Below, one piece after another: positions 55,785-64,000 of a stretch of 64,000 nucleotides of DNA (position 1 is the stretch's first letter; every line of letters starts with the position of its first letter). Source of the stretch: Diplonema japonicum. Taxonomy: Eukaryota; Protista; Euglenozoa: Diplonemea. The notes under the pieces were generated by a model. That model did no database searches. It saw only the letters and a list, made by a program, of their open reading frames with translations, and was not told the origin of the DNA. The stretch lies in contig OZ025664.1 in NCBI GenBank assembly GCA_964019335.1, positions 620,001 to 684,000 on the forward strand, in the 5' to 3' direction. The position numbers and the translations under genes are program-made.

Positions 55785-56672
55785 ATGGCTTCAGATGCAC
55801 CGGTCTCAACAATTTTAAAAACACGCGCAAGGTGCCATGGAGGGGCTGTGGTGATGATTAATGGGATAGCGCAGGGGGCGGTCTTGGGGTCGATGGGTGT
55901 CATGCTGGGGGATGTAGGAAAGAGCCACCACACCCTCGTCCCGTATGAAGACATAAGGGGGATCAAGGTGCTGCAGGACGTTACGACGCTGCTTATAAAC
56001 GACCGCCAGGAAAGGGTAGATCTCTGCTGGACAACCGACAGACGGAACACGCTGTCCAACGTGGAGTTTGCCAACGCACTGTACTCCCTTCAAAAGGGGC
56101 AGCCCGAAGACCCGCAACCAATGAGCCCCGTAACACCAGTAGGAGCCTTCAAAAACAAAATAAAAATCCCTCTCATGAAACTCGGCCCCCCCCCGTCCAC
56201 CCCCGGGCTGAAATGGATCGGAGCACCTTCCGCAATAGAAATCGCATTTTGGGACAATTACGTTAACCAAATATCCGGATATCAGGAAAAGGTTATGTGT
56301 GATGAGCGAAGTGCCATAAAATATCTCCATGCGTATCTAGGGGAGTACGGGATCAAGGTGAAGGCGTCGTGCGATGGGTTTATGAGCTCGAGGTTTATGT
56401 GCGACGATACGTTCCACGCCAGGCTTCAAGAACTGTGCAACAGCAACACACCTGCTTCCTTCCAAACTGTAACTATCGCAACTAGCAAAGTGGGGCTCAT
56501 GACCTTGCCGCTCTACGAGTGGGACAGGCTTGTTGCGAACTGGAATGCATCGCATGGGTTGAAGCGATCTGTTTACGTGGCAACAGTCGAGATAGAAGAA
56601 CCCCCTAAAGGCCGGAAAAGCTCTGACAACCGACCTCCTCAACACGAGGAAGGCCAGGTTTTTCGACTTTGA
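55785..56672 (+). CDS. Hypothetical protein
   Basis: 295-aa complex-sequence ORF within low-complexity spacer DNA. Confidence 0.7.
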   Translation: MASDAPVSTILKTRARCHGGAVVMINGIAQGAVLGSMGVMLGDVGKSHHTLVPYEDIRGIKVLQDVTTLLINDRQERVDLCWTTDRRNTLSNVEFANALYSLQKGQPEDPQPMSPVTPVGAFKNKIKIPLMKLGPPPSTPGLKWIGAPSAIEIAFWDNYVNQISGYQEKVMCDERSAIKYLHAYLGEYGIKVKASCDGFMSSRFMCDDTFHARLQELCNSNTPASFQTVTIATSKVGLMTLPLYEWDRLVANWNASHGLKRSVYVATVEIEEPPKGRKSSDNRPPQHEEGQVFRL

Positions 56673-57053
56673 AAAAGAAGGAGAAAAAAAAAAAAAGAAA
56701 ATCCCGTATATATAGTATTAACCCCACCCTTCATTCGACAGTTTTAAAAAAAAAAAAAAAAAAAAAAAAAGAAATTGAGAAAAAAAGAAATGAAAAGAAG
56801 GAAGAAAAGAGGAACTGTGAGAGAATTTTCAATGTGAAAAAAAAAAATGAAAAAAAAGAAGAATCCCCCCTCCCCCCCCGCCGCTCCATCTTTCTTTGGT
56901 CGATTGTATGGGAGGGAAGACAGGAAAGGGATTGGGCACGGTATCGGGCCAAGTGCCCTTTCTTTTCTCCCCCGCTCCCTTTTATTTTATTTTTTTTTAT
57001 ATTTATGGTATGTCTTTTTGTTTTTGTTTTAACAGTATTATCGTAGACTAAAG

Positions 57054-57141
57054 ACTAGTTGATGGCAGCGTTAACGAGCTATTTTTATTAGGTAAAATTC
57101 CGGGCTCGTGCGCACAAACAAATGAAGCGCCGAACTAGTTT
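57054..57141. repeat. ~90-bp ACTAGT-bounded repeat, copy 1
   Basis: ACTAGTTGATGGCAGC...TAGGTAAAAT...ATGAAGCGCC...ACTAGTT shared with 59364-59456. Confidence 0.8.
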
Positions 57142-57325
57142 CTTTTTTTATTTTCTCTTTCTAGTTCTTTCTTCTGGATATTTGTAACCCACTGTTCTTT
57201 TTTTTCTTATTTTTTTTTGTCTTTCTTCCTCTTTTTTTTTTTTTTATCTTTCTTCCCTCTAGAAATATCAAAACTGAAAAAAAAGGGAGAGGAGCTAAGA
57301 AAAAAAAAAAAAAAAAAAAAAAAAG

Positions 57326-57898
57326 ATGCTTCGAAAAGCACTCCCCTTAGGATGCACGATTCTTGGCGGTGCAGGAGGGTACTGGTACCTCTCAGAACGA
57401 GATACGGGGTGTTGGGTGTCTTATGATTTGGAGAGGATAGGTGTACGAGGTTACAAGGAAAAGAAAGGTGTGATAGCTGTGTGCAAAGATGATCCTTATG
57501 GGCTGAGCTGTGCACTGTGGGGCGATGCGATGGGCGATGGGAAGTGGAAGTGGTCACTGGAGAAACAAGGAGAAGCAGTAGAGGTCGGCCTGTGCAAGAG
57601 CGAAGACTTCAAACCCGCGTACACCTTCAAAGCAATCAAGCAAGAGGTCCCCTCGTGGCGGGGGGTGAGCGACAAACACGCAAACCATGCAGGGACACAC
57701 ACCACACACAACATCTCCATCCCCAACACAGCTACATGCCACATGTGTTATGATGCTTCTACTACTCAGTTTACTTTTTGCGTGGATGGCCAACGGCCCA
57801 TCACCATGGGCGCACCACCACCGCCTGTGCACGCTGTGGCCAGGTTCTCCCGAACGGGGCATGTTGAGATGCTGTCGCCTCCAACGAAAATCGAATGA
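57326..57898 (+). CDS. Hypothetical protein, possible SPRY-like domain with N-terminal hydrophobic segment
   Basis: WKW...VEVGL...YD....FTFCVDG...VHAVA beta-sandwich pattern. Confidence 0.5.
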   Translation: MLRKALPLGCTILGGAGGYWYLSERDTGCWVSYDLERIGVRGYKEKKGVIAVCKDDPYGLSCALWGDAMGDGKWKWSLEKQGEAVEVGLCKSEDFKPAYTFKAIKQEVPSWRGVSDKHANHAGTHTTHNISIPNTATCHMCYDASTTQFTFCVDGQRPITMGAPPPPVHAVARFSRTGHVEMLSPPTKIE

Positions 57899-57970
57899 AA
57901 AAAAAAGATTTTTTTTTTTATTTTTATTTTTATTGTTCACCACACCCCTCACCCTACAGAGTGTATCAAC

Positions 57971-59060
57971 ATGTCGGGTGCAGAACATAACGACAGCGAT
58001 GAGTGGGTGGTGGTCTCCAACCCTGACGACAAAGAGAAGGAAAAGCCCGTCAAGAAGCTCTTCGGGAAGGATGCCTATGAAAGGCTGGGGATATTGGGGT
58101 CTGGTGCACAGGGGAAGGTTTACAAGTGCAAACGGTTGGCAGACGGCGAGATCTTTGCTGCGAAGGAACTCTTCGTAAAAGACGACGAGCTGGAGAGCAA
58201 GCTGAAGAGCACTAAGGAACAGCGAACAATGCTCGAAGGCGGCCCCCACATGACTAAGATACATGACATCCTAATCGAGGACCGGGACGAAGGGGAGGAA
58301 GGCGGTGTGGGGAAGAAGATCATAATCATCATGCAATACATCGCAAAGGGCGACCTGGGCGGCATGATAGCTGAGACGAACGCGTACTACTCTGAGGAGA
58401 TGATCCTCTCTGTGGGCCTGCAGATTCTTGACGCCATCAACTTCTTACACAACAAGAACATCTACCACATGGACGTGAAGCCAGATAACATACTGGTGGG
58501 TGCCAAGAACGACGGGCTTGTGGTGTACCTTACTGACTTCGATGCTTGCCGTCCTGTTGGCAAGCAAGAGGTGGACACGGACACTGCATTCACAGCACCG
58601 GAGGTCTTGAAGCACAATATTGTTTCAGCTGCCGCCGATGTGTTCGGGTTGGGTGTTGTGCTGTACTGCTTCACAACGTTGCCCGAGTTCCCCGATCTTG
58701 GTGTGTTTTTTTTTTTTTTTTTTTTTTTGTAAAATAAGGTTGTAAATAATTTATTAATAATCACAGACGGCGAGATGCTGTGGTGTGACCGTTGGAAGGA
58801 TGAGGAAGAGTTCCTTGCGCAGTTGCACAACCACTTTGCTCAGAACCGGTACTACAAGCGGGATGGGAAGAAGATTAAGTACACGACTCAGTTGGTATGG
58901 AGGTGGTTGGGAGGGGTTTTTTTTTTTTCTTCTTCTTTTTTTTTTTATATTCATTCTCGTAGATTCAAATTATTGCTTCAATGCTTGCCTTTGACCACAG
59001 GAAGCGTCCGTCTGTTCCTTCACTCCTGAACCAGGTGAATAATGTATGCGGAGGAAGAGG

Positions 59061-59095
<35 letters not shown>

Positions 59096-59145
59096 AGCTG
59101 TATGCCGACCTTCTCACGGGCATCGTCGTCCCAGAAATGAGGTGA
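57971..59145 (+). CDS. Ser/Thr protein kinase, 3 introns
   Basis: GSGAQGKV, AAK, HMDVKPDN, DFD, TAPE, DVFGLG; later exon MLAFDHRKRPS (subdomain XI). Confidence 0.9.
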
Positions 59146-59363
59146 CAGGGGTAAACAATGGTTTTTTTCTTTTTTTTCCCCTTTTTTTTCCATCATAGAA
59201 ATGTCTTTCCTTTTTTTTTTTGTCTCCACCAGGTTCTTTTCTACCCGAGTCTTTTGATCTATCTGAGCAAAAAAAAAGTTATGGGTGTTGTTGTTTTAGC
59301 AAAGGTATTATTGTCGAGACTAAAAAAAAAAAGAAAAAAAGAAAAAAAGAAAGGAAGGAAGAA

Positions 59364-59456
59364 ACTAGTTGATGGCAGCATGGGTGAGGTTATTTTATTT
59401 AGGTAAAATACCGCTCATGCACGCAAGCAGATGAAGCGCCACTACCACTACTAGTT
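59364..59456. repeat. ~90-bp ACTAGT-bounded repeat, copy 2
   Basis: See copy 1. Confidence 0.8.
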
Positions 59457-60008
59457 TTTACCCCCTACCTTTTTTTTTTATTTTTTTTTTTTTTGCAAGA
59501 ACGAGTCTTTGACGTGTCTAAACAAAAGGGGAACGTTGGCAACGTGTTTCGGGTTTGACAAGCTTCTCCAGGTTTTACCCGGCACGTACAAACAACAACC
59601 AATTCCTCTTCCCCCTTTTTTTTCTTTCTCGCGCGCCGTGTTTCAGTGGCAGTGATGTGCAACGTGTCAGTCTTTTTTTTTTTCTCCTTTTCTTTTTTCC
59701 CCCCCACCCCCAAATGCAATATGGGTTGAAGCAAAATGCTTGAAAACCTGTACTCTTTCTTGTGCAGAGACGGAAGGGAGGGGAACGTAATTTTACCGTT
59801 TTCTTTTGTTTCAAGGGGAGGGGATAAAAGAAAAAAAAAAAGAAAAAAAGGAGAAATGCAAACAAAACCCTTAAAAAAAAAAAAAAAAGAATAATAGAAT
59901 TCTGAACACAAAAAAGAAGGTTGCTATATCTTCTGTTTTTCTTTGTTTTTAAACAACAAAACGAAATGCTCCATGCAAAAAAGAAGGGAAAAAAAAAAAA
60001 AAGAAAAA

Positions 60009-60183
60009 CTGTAAGATGAAAAGTGCCGGACCTACAAATGTGTATACTGCGTACGCGGGTTTGTCAAGCCGGGCCGTTGCCTTCCACAGGTGAGTTTTCT
60101 TGAAGGCCACTAAAGATTTTTTTTTTTTTTTTGTTTTTAGCGTCCGGGAAATTGTCGGTCCAACGTTTTTCATTTTTTTACAG
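60009..60183. mobile_element. Degenerate MITE related to the pogo-like element at 32100-33657
   Basis: CTGTAAGATGAAAAGTGCCGGAC...CGTCCGGGAAATTGTCGGTCC...TTTTACAG|TA resembles that element's termini; left TA not conserved. Confidence 0.6.
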
Positions 60184-60833
60184 TAATAAGAAAAGGTGCG
60201 CACTTTTCTAGCACTGGCACACCGGGAAAAGGAAGAAAAAAAAAAAAAAGAAAAAAAAAGGAAAGATAAGATATTCCACTAACCTACCATTTTTTTTTTC
60301 AAAAGAAAATATTCATTCCCCCATTTGATCTCTCTGTGTTACCTGACCCTCCAAGCGCCATATTTGACAGCTTATTATTTTTTTTTTTTGTTATCTTCTC
60401 CAGTTTTTGCTGTTGATTTAATGCAGTTCTTCCTTTCCTTAAACCCCACTGTTGAGTGGGTACAGAGTTCGCTGCTGTCACTCCCCTCACTGCACCCTTG
60501 CCATGGCCACGGGACGAGGTAACTCAGCCTCGGAAGGGTAATGCAACAAGGTGAAGAGATTCCTTTTTCCCTCCATTCTCCTCCCCCTGTCCCCCTGCGT
60601 ACTTTTCGTGGAGGATTGGCAAAACCGAAAGAAAGAAAGAGCCACAAAAAGAAACAGAGGGGATAGAGTGGAAGGAGACTGCTTCAGCTCACATCAAACA
60701 TTTGGACTTCCCTTCGTAGCTGGTCGCGTTATGTTTAGTTTGTTCTTAGTCTTTTTTTTAACTTCACATTATTCACTTTTGGCCGTTCCACTACTGCATT
60801 CCCACCACAGATTAACGATACACACAACTCACC

Positions 60834-61718
60834 ATGTGGAAGGACATCGGAGTGACAATGCTGGTGGCGTGCGTGACTGGGGTAACTGGACACGGGTACG
60901 TGAAGAGCCCGCCGTCGCGAGGGTACGCGTGCAACCAGAAGATGAACAGCGGGTGTGGGGCGGTGCAGTACGAACCGCAGAGTGTGGAGGGGCCGGACAG
61001 GTACCCCGCGTCGGGACCTCCTGACGGGGCGCTGGCCTCTGCGGGGAGCGGAACATGGTCGCCGCTGAACGAGCAGTCGTCAACGAGGTGGGCGAAGACG
61101 GCGGCGTCTGCTGGGCTGACCGAGTTCACCTGGCAGTTCACAGCGAACCACGTGACCCTGGACTGGAGGTACTACATCACGAAGGACGGGTGGAACCCGG
61201 AGGCTCCTCTTGGGAGGGACTCGTTCGAGGACAGCCCCTTCTGTGCCGAGGCGGGAGGGATGGTGAAGCCCCCCATGGTCACGACCCACTCCTGCACCCT
61301 CCCCTCCAAGATCGGCTACCACGTCGTCATGGCCATCTGGGATGTCGGTGACACTGCCGCCAGCTTCTACAACGCTGTCGACCTTGACTTTGGTGGTGGT
61401 AATGGTAATGGTGGTGGTGGCAACGGGAATGGGAACGGGAACGGGAACAACGACCCCAAGACACCTGTCCCTACCCCGGCTCCCACACCGATGCCCCCTA
61501 CTCCTCCTGTCCCGACACCCCGCACCCCGGCTCCCACTCCGGCTCCCACACCGTCGCCCCCCACCGGCGGGAGCAACAACTGCCAGATGATGATCCCCAT
61601 GTGGGGCGGCTGCTTGCACGCCCCCACGTGCTGCTCGGGTGGAGCCTCGTGCTACCAGCAGAGCAAGTGGTACGCGCAGTGCTTGAAGAACAACCATCTC
61701 GGATACAAGATTGGCTAA
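60834..61718 (+). CDS. Secreted AA10 lytic polysaccharide monooxygenase with GN/PT linker and CBM1-like module
   Basis: Signal peptide then HGYVKSPPSR, YEPQSVEG, TANH, WDVGDT..SFYN; C-terminal WGGC...CCSG..C.....WYAQC. Confidence 0.93.
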   Translation: MWKDIGVTMLVACVTGVTGHGYVKSPPSRGYACNQKMNSGCGAVQYEPQSVEGPDRYPASGPPDGALASAGSGTWSPLNEQSSTRWAKTAASAGLTEFTWQFTANHVTLDWRYYITKDGWNPEAPLGRDSFEDSPFCAEAGGMVKPPMVTTHSCTLPSKIGYHVVMAIWDVGDTAASFYNAVDLDFGGGNGNGGGGNGNGNGNGNNDPKTPVPTPAPTPMPPTPPVPTPRTPAPTPAPTPSPPTGGSNNCQMMIPMWGGCLHAPTCCSGGASCYQQSKWYAQCLKNNHLGYKIG

Positions 61719-62181
61719 GCGCTGTTCCTTTCTGCTGCTGCAAAGAAAAACAACAACAACAAAGGAAAAAGAGGCTCTCTTTCCTTCTTCCCAACTTCTA
61801 CTTTCATTTATGTTCCATTATTCTGTGCCTGCGGTACTCGTGAGTTTTATCTATTAACACAATATCTTATTCCATTATGGCTGAAAACCTCTTCTCCATG
61901 TTTTATTGCGACCCTTGTTGAGACCACGGTGCGGTCTCTTGTCGCCAGCTTCCCTCCGCATTATAACCTCTTTCGCCTCCGTCTTGGACTTGGTCCGGAC
62001 GAAGCCAAGGAGTGATCCCAGTTCTTTTGTTTGTTTGAAGGCATCCCGTGAAACTATTTATGGGGTCTTCAGGTAAGCCTTTCCCCATTCTTGTTTACCT
62101 CCCTCTTTACCATACCTACATACCTTATTCTTTTTGTGCTTGCGAACCATACTAACAGAAGAGGCTAGTGGCTGCGCCGAG

Positions 62182-64000
62182 ATGGAGACAAATCCAATGA
62201 TGGTTTTTTGCAGGCTGGTGAAGGAGAGCGAAAGGAAAAGGATACAGATACGGGGTAATACCGTAGAAATAAGAGAGAAGGAAGGGGAGAAAAAGGAGTA
62301 CTCTGTCGATGGGTGTTTTGGTGAAGGGGTGAGCCAGTTTGAGTTGTATAAAAGTGTTGGGATCCCAACTGTAGCGCAGGTGCTGAAGGGAAGGAATGGG
62401 TCGATCATAAGCTGCGGGGGTGAAGGTAGTGGGAAGACATTCACGCTGTTTGGGGTCAACGAGGGGAATTGCATCAACCTAAAGGACGACCAGCGAGGCC
62501 TCGCAGTGCGCATCATTGACTGCATCTTTGCCAGAGTTGGTGGCACTGCTCTGAATGTCTCTGTGGCTCAAGCCCTGCTCTGCCAAGACGACGCTGCCCT
62601 CGATCTCCTCTCCGACTACTCACCCTTGAACCCCGCCACCAAGCAGCTCTCCTTCGACACCTCTCATGTCCTCTCTGCCCTCCCAGACACTGACCCCTTC
62701 CGCATATGGAGCACAGTCCTCCCCACGCACACCATCATATGCACCCCCTCCAAAGATGAAGTTCTCAACACTATCTCCTGCACTGCCTCCACGGTCACCA
62801 AGGGTGACCACGTCACCATGCTGAGATTGGAGTGGATTGCAGAAGGTGGCACTAAAATGGTCAGCAACCTCCTTTTCGTAGACTGCTCCCCTGTCTACTC
62901 CAAGTCCATCCACAATCTGCGGGACGTTGCGCTTGCCCTCAAGTCAGGCTCCCAGCACCGCCCTTCTTACTCCCGGTTCAGGCTCACCAGACTGCTGCGC
63001 TCTGACTTCTCTCATCAGAGTTGTACCTGCACGAAGATCGTCTGCCATATGAAGGACACGCCCTTCGACCTTGACATCTTCGACGCGTCGTCTATTCTCA
63101 GCTTCACATCGCTCGCGAAGAAGATACCCCGCACGCCCTCCTTCACACCCATGTTCCAGCCTGTAAAACCGAAGGCCCTGCCGCTGCCTGAATGCAAGCC
63201 ACAGGAATCTACAATCCGACCTCAGCAGGACGCACAACCGCACGCCATGTTCACATCGTACTTGCAGCTGCTGACCAAGCAGCTACGCGAAAAGGAAGAG
63301 GAGTGCAAAGCAATAAAGAACAGCGCCTCGCACACAGAGAGCACGCTGATCGCCTTGAAGTCTGAGAATCAGGCGCTGCTAACGAAGCTGCAGGCGATAG
63401 AAAACAGTAGTAGCGATCAGGAAGTGGACATCGATGATGGGGAGGGGCCACTCTTACAACCCTTCAAGCAGCCGTCGGAGATGTGCAGTGTAGCAGGGTC
63501 GGATTCCTGCGAGGAGGAGGTGGAGGTGGAAGTGGTCGAGTGTTCGCCTGTTGACGAGAAAAAGAAAGGGATACGCACTATTGAGGAGTGTGAGAATAAG
63601 ATACAACAGCTAACAAAGGCGCTGTACGGAACGCGGCAGGAGGTGAAGGACATAGGGCGGAAGCTGGATGAGTCCGAGAGACACAAGCAGGACGTCATAA
63701 GCAAGTACATCTCAGCAGCGTCAAGGTTAGAGGAGAACAGGAAGTGGCTGAGGAAGCTTAAGAGAAGCTTGCAGTGCGAGAAAGAGAAGAACCTTCCAGC
63801 TCTGAATGAAGGGCTGAAGTTCAAGAAAGCAGCAGAGGAGGAGGCGAGGAGGAAGGAGAAAGAGAATGAAGAGTTGAAAGAGATGGTGCAGTCTCTGCAG
63901 CTCATGGTGGGACATTTGTCGGCAGAGTACAACAGAAGGATGCAGACAGCAGTCATGATGAACACCTCGCGCGACCCGAACAGCCTTGATGTAGATGAAC
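62182..64000 (+). CDS. Divergent kinesin-like protein (motor plus coiled coil), runs off the window; possible short 5' exon from 62060
   Basis: VFCRL, YSVDGCF...SQ.ELY, G.NGSII..G.EGSGKTFTLFG, SYSRFRLTRLL. Confidence 0.8.
   Translation, partial: METNPMMVFCRLVKESERKRIQIRGNTVEIREKEGEKKEYSVDGCFGEGVSQFELYKSVGIPTVAQVLKGRNGSIISCGGEGSGKTFTLFGVNEGNCINLKDDQRGLAVRIIDCIFARVGGTALNVSVAQALLCQDDAALDLLSDYSPLNPATKQLSFDTSHVLSALPDTDPFRIWSTVLPTHTIICTPSKDEVLNTISCTASTVTKGDHVTMLRLEWIAEGGTKMVSNLLFVDCSPVYSKSIHNLRDVALALKSGSQHRPSYSRFRLTRLLRSDFSHQSCTCTKIVCHMKDTPFDLDIFDASSILSFTSLAKKIPRTPSFTPMFQPVKPKALPLPECKPQESTIRPQQDAQPHAMFTSYLQLLTKQLREKEEECKAIKNSASHTESTLIALKSENQALLTKLQAIENSSSDQEVDIDDGEGPLLQPFKQPSEMCSVAGSDSCEEEVEVEVVECSPVDEKKKGIRTIEECENKIQQLTKALYGTRQEVKDIGRKLDESERHKQDVISKYISAASRLEENRKWLRKLKRSLQCEKEKNLPALNEGLKFKKAAEEEARRKEKENEELKEMVQSLQLMVGHLSAEYNRRMQTAVMMNTSRDPNSLDVDE

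Overview
Nuclear DNA of a euglenozoan protist, most likely a diplonemid: the window contains a diplonemid-type spliced-leader sequence, all ~21 host genes lie on the + strand, and the GT-AG introns are very short. About 1-31.6 kb is gene-dense; about 31.6-62 kb has long homopolymer-rich spacers. The main result is at 13.3-26.0 kb. A cyclophilin intron hosts a tRNA-Ile(AAT) gene, and two different two-ORF non-LTR retrotransposons (APE-RT-RNase H-CCHC) have inserted in tandem within 16 bp upstream of that tRNA, each with its own target-site duplication. This expands a ~137-nt intron to ~12.66 kb. Both elements carry a 2A/StopGo-like NPGP motif just before the endonuclease, and ORF2 appears to depend on recoding (a single in-frame UGA plus hairpin in element 2; no AUG in element 1). 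Element 1 begins with an SL RNA fragment (exon plus 12 nt) inside its TSD. Other content: a pogo-like transposon remnant and related MITE, unexplained structured repeats, poly(A)-type introns, an R-S-E ADP-ribosyltransferase, an AA10 LPMO fused to a CBM1-like module, and probable pseudoenzymes. All calls are by eye from motifs; no searches were run.
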